Of a stretch of DNA of 64,000 nucleotides, positions 26,949 to 40,028 are shown piece by piece. Made by a program: the position numbers and the translations under genes. The stretch lies in the NCBI RefSeq assembly GCF_009914755.1, contig NC_060927.1. One strand, given 5' to 3'. The notes beneath the pieces were generated by a model that saw only the letters and a program-made list of their open reading frames with translations, did no database searches and had not been told where the DNA came from. Numbering within the stretch: position 1 is the stretch's first letter; every line of letters starts with the position of its first letter. Source of the stretch: the human T2T-CHM13v2.0 reference genome, Homo sapiens.

Positions 26949-28990
26949 TGTCTCGGTCCATTTAGTGTTGTTATAACAGAATATCTGAAGCTGGGTAATT
27001 TATAAAGAAAAGATGTTTATTTGGCTCATGATTCTGGTGGCTGGAAAGTTCAAGATTAGGCAGCTGCATCTGGTAAGGGCCTCATGCTGCTTCAATTCAT
27101 GACAGAAAGTAGAAGGTGAGTGGGTGCATGCAAAGAGATCACATGTGAAGAGCAGGAGAAAGAGTGAGAAACTGAGGAAGCCAGATGCTTCTTAACAACC
27201 TACTTTCCTGGGAATACACCTATTCCCCACAAGAGTGAGAACTCACTGACCCTCACAAGGTGTCATTAATCTATTCATGAAGGATCCAGCCCCATTTTTT
27301 TACTGGATGCAGCCCACATGATTGTTCTCATAGGTTGGAGTTGACTGCCTGCAGCTTTTTCTGGCTTAGGTTGCATGCATGCTGCTGGTGGCTCTAAAAT
27401 TCTGGTGTCCCAGCAGCAGCTTAGCCCTGTGGTTTCACTAGGCATTGCCCCAGTGGGGACTCTTTGTGGCATTTTCAACCCCACATTTCTTGTGGGGCTA
27501 CTCAGGCAGTCCCTGAGTAGAGGCTCTGTGCAGTGGCTGTACCCCTGTGACAAGGCTTTTCCTGGGCCCGCAGGCTTTTTCATATATCCTTTGAAATCTC
27601 AGTGGAGAAAGCCGCATCTCCACAGCTCTTGCATTCTGTGGGCCTGCAGAATTAACATCATGTAGACGTGGATACCACCAAGGCTTACACTTGCACCCTC
27701 CAGAGTGGTAGCCTGAGCCATACCTAGGGCTGTTTGAGCCATGGCTGCTCCAACTGGAGCAGCTAGATTGCAGGGGACAGCAGCCTGAGGCACCACAGAA
27801 CAGTGGTGCCCTGGGTTTCCTCCCAAAACCATTCTCTCCTCCAAGATCTCTGGGTCTGTGATGGGAGAGATGGCCTCAAAGATTTCAAAAATACCTATAG
27901 GGTCTTTTTCCTATTGTCTTGAGGATTGACAACTTTTTTTTTTTTTTTAATCAGTGCTAATCTCTTTAGCAACTAGTGGCTCCAGCTGCACCCTTGGATT
28001 CCTCTTCTGAAAATGTTCTTTTATTCTCTACCACATGGACACACCATAAATCTTCCATATCTTTTTACTCTGCTTTCCTTTTTTTAGCAGCTCACTGTAA
28101 GCAGTAAGAAATAACCATGCAGCAGCCTGAGCACTATGCTTCTTAGAAATTTCTTCTGCCAGATATGCTATTACATTGCTCTTAAGTTTGGCCTTCCACA
28201 AAACCCTGGAACATGTGTACAATGCAGTCAAATTCTTTGCTTTAACAAGCAAAGTGTAACAAGGATGGCCTTTTCTCTAGTTCCCAATACCTTGTTCTTT
28301 ATTTCCATCAGAGACATTATCAGAATGGCCTTTATTGTCCATATTTCAATCAACATTTTGGTCCCAGCCACTTAACTAATGTCTAAGAAGTTTCAAACTC
28401 TCCTGCATCTTTGTATTCTTCTGAGCCCTCACCAGAACCCCCTTAATATTCCATTCACAGCAACACAGACTTTTCCTAGCTTACTCCTCCAAACTCTTCC
28501 AACCTCTGCCCATTACTGAAATTCCCCATTTTTAGGTATCTTTATGACAACACCCCACTCCTCAGTATCAATTTTTGGTCTTAGTCCATTTTGTTTTATT
28601 ATAACAAAATATCTGAGGCTGGATAATTTATAAAGAAAAGAAGTTTATTTGGCTTATGGTTCTTCAGGCTGGGAAGTTCAAAGGCATGGTGCTGGCTTCT
28701 GGTGAGGGGTTTTCTGCTGCACCATAACAGGGTAGAAAGTCAGAGGGAAAGCAAACACGTGTGAAGAAGCCAACCTGTTCCTGAAAGAGCTAATTGATTC
28801 CTGTGAGAACTAATCCAGCATTGTGAAGGTGAGAACTCAGAGAACAGCACCAAGACACACACAAGGGAAGATCCCCTTTGACTGAAATGGCTCTTATCGT
28901 GTCCTACCTCTTAAAGGCTCCACCTCCCAACATAATTACAATGGCAATTAAATTTCATGAGTTTTGGCAGGGACAAACCACATTATAGCA
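26949..28990 (-). mobile_element. MSTB1/B2-type provirus with a deletion (LTR 26949-~27294, internal ~27295-28576, LTR ~28577-28990)
   Basis: Both ends carry gtccattt..ataaca..atatctga.gctgg.taatttataaagaaaaga; internal region is homologous to 16134-17768. Confidence 0.8.
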
Positions 28991-29199
28991 CAGCTTATGA
29001 ATATTTTACAGTCAATAACTTTCTTTTTAGCTCCCTAAAATAAAAAGCATACAATAGGTTAATATTAACGAAATGTGAGAATCTGAGTTTTCCTTCTGGT
29101 GACTTCATAGGTGGACAACAGATACCAGTAGTGACAGAGCTATTAATAGTTTTTGTTAGTATAAGAATATGGTGGGTAGGGTGCACAAAGGGAGACTTG

Positions 29200-30264
29200 T
29201 GTTTCTCTGAGCTACGGAGACATCTCTCACATCCTCCCTTCCAGAAAACCATGCTACTATTCAGCAACTATTAGTTATGCTGATGTATTAATGAGCAGTA
29301 TCTTCTGGAAATGAAAATGTGCCGGCCTCATCAGTAACAGACTTCTTAATTAACCTGCTGATGCTCTTAGCAACAGAGTTAGCTGTTGTCCTAGAAATGA
29401 GTTGTTGGGTTCTTTTGTCCTTCACTATTCCCTTTATTCTCCCTGACTATTATAGGATCAGGGTGCTCTTTGATTAGCCCATCATAGTTTCCTAAAGTAA
29501 GCAGGAATTTGAGAAACTGCCCATGGCACATTGTTTCATTGCTTAAACTTGCTGCTGACTCTTTTATCCTTTGACAACTTAGTTCTTCCTTAACCATAGT
29601 GTTAATTATACCAGTCATTTATTCTACAACAATGCCTTTTCTCTTGATCTGTTTCATCCTCATAGACAAGATTAGTGGCCTCCTTTCAGAGAAGATTCAC
29701 CACTGGGCATTCCTTGTTGGAAGCAGAAACATTTCTGCTCTTTAACCCGTGCCTGCCCCAGTTATTCATACCTGAGAAATATTTGCCACAATGCAGTCTT
29801 GCTCCTCTAAGAATAACTAAGGCAAGGACAGAGAGTTCCATTCCTATGATTAAGTGCATATTTCCCATTAAATTCAAATGCTTCATTTGAAAAGGTAAAT
29901 AGAATGTTGTTTTTAAGGAAGAATTCCAGTTGGCTAAATTTAATGTCATATGAAAAAAATTTGATCCAAGAATAGTTTCTGGCTTTGGGCCCATGGTGTT
30001 TCTTTCAGCCCAATTCTTGTGAATTGGATGTATTTTTATTCATTTTAAGTGCTTGCTGCTGTGTTTGTCCTTCTGAGAATGCATATTGATGACTTTGTTG
30101 GCCTCAATAGTATTTGTCTTTCATTTTAAATGATTTATCCAAACTTTATTATTGCCAAAAAGTGGAATCTTGATTTTATTTTTAATATTTGAGTTTCCTT
30201 TAACTGTCTTGCCTCTTCTGTCATAAATTTCCTGCTGCCACCCTCATCTCTTACTAGAAGCCAT
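29200..30264 (-). mobile_element. Degraded hAT (Tip100/DUF4371-type) transposase fossil
   Basis: Joined minus frames give collinear motifs LCPCLSYS, GMNNW, QIKRKGIVVE*..IINTMVKEELS, HGQFLKFLLTLGNYDGLIKEH, LISRTTAN..LIKKSV.DEAGTFS..DT. Confidence 0.65.
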
Positions 30265-30519
30265 GTTTTCATCTCCTCCTAGCTCTCCAAAAAGACAGTC
30301 TTAAAAGAGAAATCTCAGTATTTTTTGGTAGCAGTTGATTTAGTTTTGAATACTTGACAGTCCATCAATGTCTTGTCAGTCCCCTGACCAGCCTGTGGGT
30401 CCTCTTTTGCTTCTCCTATTCAGCTCCTTCTTGGTTCCCTTGATGGTTTCAGGAAGGCAACATCTGTTTTTCAAATGGACATTTTGTGCTCCTGGGTCCC
30501 TCCCGGTGTATTATAGACA

Positions 30520-30690
30520 TAATTCTACTTAATTCTTCCAATGACTTTAAAAATAACTATCATTATCCTTGTTTTAAAGGTAAGGAAATCAAAGACCAAA
30601 ATAATTAGGCATCTAGACTGAAATTACCTAGCCAATTAGGGGCATAGCTCAAATTTACAATAGTATTTGCCTGAATATGAAAAGCTTCCT
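30520..30690 (-). mobile_element. MIR
   Basis: tatcattatccttgttttaaaggtaaggaaatcaaag..ggggcatagct. Confidence 0.55.
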
Positions 30691-31604
30691 CTTATTATCA
30701 AAGTAACATTCAGGGCCTACTAAAGGATGTATTAATTTTTTCAGTGAAATTTTCTCCTAAATTTTGAGTCTGTATATTTCTTGTCAGAATTCTGCTAAAC
30801 AATTGGATTTCATAATAGACTGTTTCATAACCCTGATGGAAAATTTTGACTCTAGATCATATTTTCCTGAGATGTGATGAAACATAACGATGATCATCTA
30901 AGAGTGCAGATTGGGATAATAAGCGGTCTTTCAGACTTCTGACGACTCAAACTACATAACAAAAATAAACTTAGTATATGTTATAGAATAGATCTGATCA
31001 ATTGATGGATTTGCTCAGAAATGCCTTAAAAATAAAAGCAATGCAAATAGCCATGATTTGTTAAATCCAGCAGCATTATCTTCATCTCACAGGCAGGGCA
31101 GCTGCCTATTCCTTCTGTGACTCCTCACATTCAGGTGAACATTCAGAAGCCTTTGGGATTTACATGCCAAACTTTGAGGTAGCAAGATTATGGGATAATT
31201 TAATTCTGAGATGTCTGCTTCAGAATAAGTTCTGCTCCTGAATATTCTGAACTCCTTCCATAAAGAGGAAGCAATACCAAAGAAGAACTGTTTAACTCAG
31301 TCGCCCTAGGGAACAAATCAACTAACGAATTTGGAAGAGAAAGGAAGAAAATTTTATGTGGCTTTTAACAAATTTGCTCATTATCTTTTTAATATTTTCT
31401 GGGCTGTGAATAGTGATTAGTATATCAAATTAATCCTTGGATGGTTTGCTTGACACTGAGTTAGGATATTTCTAAGAACAGTATGTGAAGATCATCCTAT
31501 CCAATTGGATCAGTTTCTTCTCTCCCACACTCTGCATATCATTTTCTCCCCTACACCCAACTATAGCAATGGAACAATCCAGTGTCTTGGCATTGTGTGG
31601 ACCA

Positions 31605-31770
31605 CAGGGTATCTGACCCCGAGGTCAACCCTTGGGATTTTAGGGAGGTCTGAAATTGCATGAAAAATGTAATGTTCATGAACAGCCAAACATTTTTTCT
31701 GGAGAGAGAGAGAGCATAGTTTTCATCAGATTCTCAAAGACCCTGTGATCTTCATGGTAACAAACATTGC
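31605..31770 (+). mobile_element. Charlie4z-like hAT MITE
   Basis: ctgaaattgcatg..cattttttctggagagag..catagttttcatcagattctcaaag. Confidence 0.65.
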
Positions 31771-33451
31771 TTAAAAAAAGTAATCATTCAATGAAAATTT
31801 TCTTTTTTCCTTGTTGTGTGAAAGTCTATCCATTGATATTATTTATGGAGCTCAGATTGTATTCTAGGTGCTTAGGATACATCAGTGAACAAAACTAAAT
31901 GCCCCCTCCCCGCAAAGCTGAAGTTCAAATAGGGAAGTAAGATAATTCAAAACCATCCAAGGAGGTGAGTCAAGCACTTGCTAATAATGGTAGAGAGGGA
32001 GGATTGCTGGTCTAGGTTTGTGTTTATCCTCAGCTTTGTGGGGTTTGTTTTTGTTTTTTGTTGTATAAACAGTTTTGTGTAGGCATTTCTCCCCCTTGAA
32101 GATAGTTTGGGAATCTCGAGGCATTTCTTTGTCTTTCCACTTACTGAGTTTGTGCAGATGTCCAAGTAGTCCCCGGCTTACTTGCCAATCTGTCAAGTGC
32201 CTGGCAGCTGCAAACAACACAAGAGCTCACACTCTCCATCCCCATTGACAAAAGAGGAAATGAGAGACATGGACCTTGACAAGTTCTGCTGCATCCAAAA
32301 ATGAAATTGATTTAGGCCACTAAAAAACTCCAAGCTCTTTCATTAATAGGCCTTGGGAAACCACAATAAATCAGCCTATTAGGGTACAACAGGGGTGCAA
32401 ATTGGTGTCTCAGTTAATGTAGATAAAGATTTCAGTGTGCACCGCATATATCAAAAATTTAACACAAGCTGCTTGTAGAGTTCTAATGAATACAGAAAGC
32501 TCAATTGCTGAAAACCAACACAACCCAGGCATTACTTCATTTAGCTGTCAATAAAATTGTCTCTTATTTTTTTTCTAATGGTTTATCAATACTGGTAATT
32601 TGCTGTGGGTTATAAAAAGGGGGATGGGGGAGGAAAAGAATTTAAATAAGTCCTGCTAACTAGAAAAGAGCTTGGTGGGCTATTTTGTACTGCTACATAA
32701 GTTAATGACCAGATGATGTGAGGGAGTGAAATTTCCATTTCTTCCTTACACTACAAACATCAACCTCACTTGGAAGAATACATTAGATCAGGGGTGCCCT
32801 TTGCTCTGGAAATCTGTTAGTGTCTTTTGATGAGGAGCATTAGGCATTGTAATTCAGCCTCTCTTAAAGGGGCTCTGTCTGATTAAGAAGAAAACAGTTT
32901 TGTTTTATTTTGTTTTTCCTTGTATAAGATTGTTTGAGGTTAGCCAGTAGGAGTCGAATGCAAGTTCATCAGCCTTAACCACTTTCTATAAAATACACAG
33001 TATACTTAAAGTTGTTTTCTGAAGCAGGGGAGGAAACTTCATCATTGTAGCAGAAATGAACAAGTCTGCTCTGTTTTCCCAGTGCAGGAAAAAAATGGCT
33101 TTGAATCATTATTCTTATCTGTGCAATTATGTACGTGTGAAGAGAAGGACATTGTTTTATTTTTCCTAAAATGATATTTATGTCATTAAAACAAAAACAG
33201 ACTCATGATAATGAACTATGAAAACTCATTCATTGATTGATTCTTCAATAAACATTTGTGGCAGGTCGATGCATTAATAAGTTAATGTAGAAATTAACCT
33301 GTGCCTTATATTGTTATTAGTATTAGTACTTTCTTGCTTGAGCAGACTCATCAGAAAATGGATGAAGAAGTAATCGCATCTTTCATCCATAGAGGGAGGG
33401 CAACCAGACTTCAATGTTATGAATTTCTGCACTTCTTTCCCCAAGACAGTC

Positions 33452-33626
33452 TTATCTTCCCCTCTCTTCCTCTTCCCTCTTGCTCTTCCCCACTCTTTCT
33501 TTATCCCTCCATTCCTCTCCTTCCTTCCTTCCCTCCCTCTTTCCTTCCTTCCTCCTTTCCCCCTCCCTTCCTCCTTTCCCCCTCCCTCCCTCCTTTCCTT
33601 CCTTCCTTCCTTTCCTTTTTTTCTCT
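33452..33626. repeat. CT-rich/(CCTT)n polypyrimidine tract
   Basis: About 170 nt almost purely C/T. Confidence 0.95.
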
Positions 33627-34159
33627 GAGGCTGGTGGCGATACACAAGTTTGATGACTTCTTTACTCGGTCCTTTTGGGAAGATATCTAGGGCCTTGAAG
33701 GAAGTGAGCCTGAAATGTCCTGCAGTTGGTACAGACCTGCTGCCTGCTCACATTTGCACCTCCTAAAGATGATTGCACTTTGGAAGGAAGATAGCCACCT
33801 AGGTGATTTAAGTGGTTGTCCCCAGTGCTGCCATTTTGAAATCAGGGAAAGGGATCCCTGAGGGCCAGGCTAGAGGTGAGAGGAGAGGACTACAATTCCA
33901 TCACCCTCCTAGAGTGGCAGAAGGAGAAACGGTGTCCAGGATAACTAATGCTGACTAGTGGCCTTAGGGCGAGCCCCCATTTTCATGAACTGCCTGAGTC
34001 CAAGGGAGGAAAAAGATGCCCCAATAAATCACTAATGCTGTGTGTTTTTTAAAAATCATCGATTGACAATAGAGAACTTAGAGGAGAGTAAGGTTTCTTA
34101 TAGAAAGGTAAAGAATTGTGGCACTTCTTGCATCTGTGTTGTTGAGGAATTTCTATTTG

Positions 34160-34530
34160 TGATACACTTATCAAGCATCTTTTTCTGTCCTATTCCTGGT
34201 GCTAGACAGATGGAGAGAATCATTGCCTTCCCTTAATTAAGGGAATCTAAGTCTAGTGGGGAAGGTAGACAAACAGAATTACAACACTAAAGGAAGGGTT
34301 CTCTACTAGTCTTATGAGTACCAGGCAGGGACAGTGCAGAGGAATGGTGACTGAATCTGCTTGAACCCTGGAGAAAGGGTATGGGGGAGGAGAAAGGAAA
34401 GGCAATTCAGTGAGGGATCAGCATCTGCAAAGCCACAGAGCTGTAGAAGGTTGTCGTGTGTTAGGAACAGGTGAGACGTTCAGTGTGCATGAAGGTGGGG
34501 CTGCGGGGTACCTAGTGTGAGGTGGTAAAA
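34160..34530 (-). mobile_element. L2 fragment
   Basis: cacttatcaagcatct..cctggtgctag..aagtctagtgggga..cagcatctgcaaagccacagag. Confidence 0.65.
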
Positions 34531-34537
34531 GTAGATG

Positions 34538-35133
34538 CCTTCCCAAGGCCCTAATTAATGAGTATCATCAATTTCAAGAGTATTTCAGATTAGTCTCTGC
34601 TCAGGGAAACATGAATGGCTGCAATCTTACAGCTCATATATGAAAGACACTTGGTAGAGGAGCTTCCCCAATTTGGTAATACTAAACATGTACATGATAT
34701 TGTCAATAATAGGTTGTGAAGCTGAAAGAAATTCTCTCAATTATCATTAATAATAAACAAATTTTGATTAACCATGTTACAGGAAAAATGGAATGATCTT
34801 TCTAGTTTCTCTGTAGGAAAGGATATTACAGAATTTTGTCATAAAAAGAAACAGACTCTGCAGCCAAAAATGTAGAATACAGGCATTTAGGGAGACTTGT
34901 TAGAACATCAGTACAAATCTTATGTTATCGATACCAATTCATACAAATCTGTTATTTGTTTCTGGGTTTTGTGATATTTCTGGTATTTGTTGGCTTTTTA
35001 AAGCTGATATTTTTGCATTTTTCTTTTCTCATTCTGAATAAATATTCACTATTGACTTACTTTTTATAATTTTTCATAAAGAGGGCATCATAAATTGTAT
35101 TAGCTTCTGGTCTCCCTAAACCTCTGTTGGCCA
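34538..35133 (+). mobile_element. Zaphod 3' portion including hAT dimerization-domain remnant
   Basis: ggttgtgaagctgaaagaaattctct (CEAERNS, compare hAT S.ERSFS); UTR gttttgtgatatttctggtatttg..ttctgaataaatattcact..aaattgtattagcttc, homologous to 330-900. Confidence 0.75.
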
Positions 35134-35219
35134 GCAGACAGGAGCTTAGACTAGAAAGGTAGGTTGCCACCAATCTGGAGTCCGAGACTCACAAGATGGT
35201 AGAGGACCTGCATGTCCAC

Positions 35220-35350
35220 CTGAGGCTTCCTGTCCTCATCTTACTAAAGAAGAAACTGGGCCCAGAGATGTCGAGTGACTGCTGTAGGTCTCAGAGCCTG
35301 CTGATAGCAGAGCCAAGAGTTGGATTTATCTTTGGCTTCCCTAACATGTC
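35220..35350 (-). mobile_element. MIR
   Basis: aaagaagaaactgggcccagagatgtcgagtgact..aggtctcagagc..tagcagagccaaga. Confidence 0.7.
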
Positions 35351-36324
35351 TTCCTTATGTCAAGCTCTGCAAAGGGCAAGCATCGGGTAGGAGTCACAAA
35401 TACGTTGACTCACTTGTTTTGGCCGGTACAATGTTTAAAAAATAACCCAATGTCAATGCTTTTAGGAGGGACTTGCACTCTACCATTCATAGTTTCTTCC
35501 ATTCCCATCTCCTTACAGCAAGGTGAGGCATGTACTCGCCCTGTGTCACCTGAGAAGGTATCTGGGTTGGGGCAATGGTACTTCCAGAGCAGAGGGGTTT
35601 TGAGGCTGTAGGCTTGAGACATTCTCCTCCTGTGACACATTGCTAAGAAATGTGGTGTTCCAAAATGAATCTGCCACAACATCATCTGTCAGCAGCTCTG
35701 GTATTTGAGTTCCCGAGTAGGAAAAGAACAAAAGCCACATTCTACCTGTCAGCAATCATGAAATGGTAGGAGGAACTAGCCATGCTGGCTGGTTTGTGGA
35801 TGTGTGATCACGGGCAGGGAAAACTGGAGGAATGCCAACTCTTTGAGGGAGAAACGCTGCTTGTGACGGCAGCAGACCCACTCAGAGCATATTTCAGCAA
35901 GGGGCTGCTTGTATTTAGTTTCAGCCCTTGACCGCACCGTATCTGGCAACTTAAGTTCCAAAGAAAATACAATATTTCAGGTGTTCTTAGCATAACAGTG
36001 GACCAAGAGTGGGTATGTTTTCAGTTACAAAAGCAGCTAAAACTTCAATCTCAAAAAACAGGAATCCAAACCATTACATTGCTATAAAATTCTGGCTAAT
36101 GGACATAGGAAACAGTCTTGTTAGCTGTTGCCAATCCACACCAAGAAATCATCTAAAAAGAATGGTTGTGTATTTGGTCCAGTTCAGTTCTCTCCTGATA
36201 TCAGACTCTAAGGCCTTCTATAAAGCAGTCTAGACTATTTTACTTGGGGACATATCTAAGGATTTAGCATATATTACATATTATGACCTTTTATATTGTT
36301 CTTAACAAAGTCTACATTTATCTA

Positions 36325-36530
36325 AGACTTAACTATATGCATGGGCTTTACATTTATTATATCAAATTCATGTAACAATCTTGCACTCTTTTCATTTTAT
36401 AAATAAAGTATCTGATGCTCAGAGAGGTCATATCTTGTATATGATACCGTGATGCAAGACCACATATTTATCAGCAGAGCTAGGACTAGAGCTCATGTCT
36501 CTTGTTCCAAAGTCATGACATACTCCTGCC
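36325..36530 (-). mobile_element. MIR
   Basis: gctttacatttattat..cattttataaataaagtatctgatgctcagagaggtca..agcagagctaggactagag. Confidence 0.7.
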
Positions 36531-38172
36531 TCAACACAACTGCCATAAAGAAAAGCTCAAACCAATGTGTACCAGTCAATGTGACTCCCCTGAAGGCTTG
36601 TGTTGCACCCAGGTATGGTCCATGGGACTAGGGTCATCACCCTTTAGGCCGGTTGGTTGCATTCACTCTAGGTTGTCTTGCTGAGCTTGCAAGGATTGGC
36701 TGGGCGGCTGCCATAATGTCCAATGACTGCCTGCTGCTGAACATAGTTATCTTTTTCCTTCTAGGGAGATGTGGAGCACCAGGGAACAGGTTCACTGAGC
36801 CACCTTGTGTCCATCTCTGGGGACTGCATCTTCCCCCACATTCTAGCACCTAAAGATATAGGGGACTCCATCTTCCTTTGCTACCACCATTCTTACATTC
36901 TAACCTGAAAGAGACTTTGCCTACATGCCTTTGGTTTTCATCAACCTCCCAGTACCAGCTTATACCTTTGGTGGACAGACTACCTGCTGTCTTAGGACTT
37001 GGGGTAATTTATGTAGATTACCAAAGAATATTTTAAATAGTTGGTCGTCACAAACTCTAAATTCTAGGAGAAATTCAGGCTCTGTCCTCTCAACTCCCGT
37101 CACAGTCTTGCAAGGAGAAGGAGCTCAGACATGAACAAAGACAAAATTGAATCTTCAAGGACACACAGTGTTGCTTCCCAAAAAGGGGGCAGAAATTTTC
37201 AGCAGGAATTGTAGTGATCATAAATAGAACAGAGGAAATTCTCTGAGTCACTTTGGATTCTATCTTTCATCTTTAATTCAGCCATTGTGGAAGCACATAC
37301 AAAATGATTACATAGTGGTTAAGAGAGTGTGCTCTAAATTGGAAGCATTGGTATGAACTCATTTCTAAAATAAATGTATGTGTATATACATGCAGGTGTG
37401 CTCAGGTAAATGTGTGTATGTGTGTATACATATGTGCATATGCATATTGTAAGTGTATATGTATATTTGTGTACATACATATATACATGCATCTATTTCC
37501 CAACTCTAGCTGCTGAAAAGACCTAGAAGAAAAAAAAAGTCTAGTAGCAATGAGCACACCTAGTACTCAGATTTTGTCCTCTAATACCATTCTCTACTGA
37601 AAGAACAAGGGCTCTTCTCCTCAGAGAAGTGACTAAATGTAGGCCTGGGACAGGGAAAGTTCTAGAAGCTAATGAAACATCTTGTTATGTCGATGAGAAG
37701 GGAAGTGTTAAAAAAAATGCTGAGGGCATGTCACAGGAAAAGAGCTGGCAGGAAGTGGCTCCTGTTGCCCAAAACTGAAACAATTTAAATACCAAAATAT
37801 ATAAGGACAGTATGACCATAAACCACTGAAGAAAACAGGAATCCATGAATCTGAACTAATTTATTTAATAATTAGATAAATAAATAAGTGAATAAACAGA
37901 GGAAAAAGGAGGACTCTTGCTTGTTGTAGAATGCCAGGTGCTGACTGGTAAATGTGGAGAAACTGCTGGAGTTAGAAAATTATTATTTTATAGCTGTCAT
38001 AGTCAAGATTGGTCCAGGGCCAAATTACCAATGGATATTAAATCTAAGGAAGAATTTTGATGAGGAGCAGGATATTTTTATGTTTTTAAACTGACTCCCA
38101 ACAGATTGCCTATTAGTTTCAAGGGAATAATTATATCTACACAGTGTAGAAATCAGACAATGCCTTGATTAG

Positions 38173-38501
<329 letters not shown>

Positions 38502-38628
38502 CAAATAAATATTTTGTACTTCCAGGATATAATACTACGAGAAGAACACAATATTACTTGTGGGGTATTCTGGCTGGATGTATAGCATAAATGTAAGTAT
38601 AAGGAAACTTCAAAAAACTGAAAATTAG

Positions 38629-38935
<307 letters not shown>

Positions 38936-39563
38936 CTGTATTTTTTAAAATGTCAATGACATTAAAAAAAGAAAAAAAAAAAGAAAGAAAGAAGGCTGCA
39001 GAAATGTCCCAGATTAAAGGAGACTAAAGAAAGATGACCAGTGCAATACCTGATTCTGCACTGAATCCTGTACTGGAGGAAAAAAATTATGATATAAAAG
39101 ACATTTTTAGGCCAATTGGAAAAATTAGACTATGGACATAGTCTAGATTAAATAGATTAGATTAAAATTTTATGTTAATGTTAAGTTTCCTGAATTAGAT
39201 AATTCTGCTGTGATTATGTAAGAGAATCTCTCTCAGGAAATACACATTGAATTATTTAAGGGTAAAGGGGCTTGATGTATTCAACTTCCATATGGCTTAG
39301 AAAAAACATATCATATATAATATCTTATGTATTTTAATATCTATTTATTAGATTATGTAATATGTGTTGTATAATATAAAATTTTATTTATGTAGATAGA
39401 GATGAGATGGAGAGTGCAAATGATAAAGCAAATAGGGTAAATATTAACAGATAAATCTGAGTAAATAGTATGTCAGTGTTCTTTGTACTATTCTTATTCT
39501 TGCCAATTTTTGTAAGTTTGAAATTATTTACAAGCAAAAGGCTTTTTAAAAAGGGAGTGAAAG

Positions 39564-39566
<3 letters not shown>

Positions 39567-39596
<30 letters not shown>
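39567..39596. repeat. (GA)n microsatellite
   Basis: Direct reading. Confidence 0.95.
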
Positions 39597-39598
<2 letters not shown>

Positions 39599-39619
39599 CT
39601 GTGTACCAGTGATGATTAT

Positions 39620-39730
39620 TATAGTTCAAAATCTGACTATTTTACTAGCTGTGGGATCTTTAACAAGCTAATTGCTCTGTGCCTCAGTTTCCTTAACTGG
39701 AAAATTAAAATGATAGTACCTGCCCTATGG
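39620..39730 (+). mobile_element. MIR core
   Basis: ttactagctgtg..ctctgtgcctcagtttcctt..aaaatgatagtacctgcc. Confidence 0.7.
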
Positions 39731-39761
39731 GGGCAGGTGTTTATCATAATTATGGTTCTAA

Positions 39762-40028
<267 letters not shown>

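Noticed and set aside
33274-33690. 123-129 aa ORFs on both strands (also 53735-54019)
   Set aside because: They are artefacts of CT-rich low-complexity tracts that lack stop codons.
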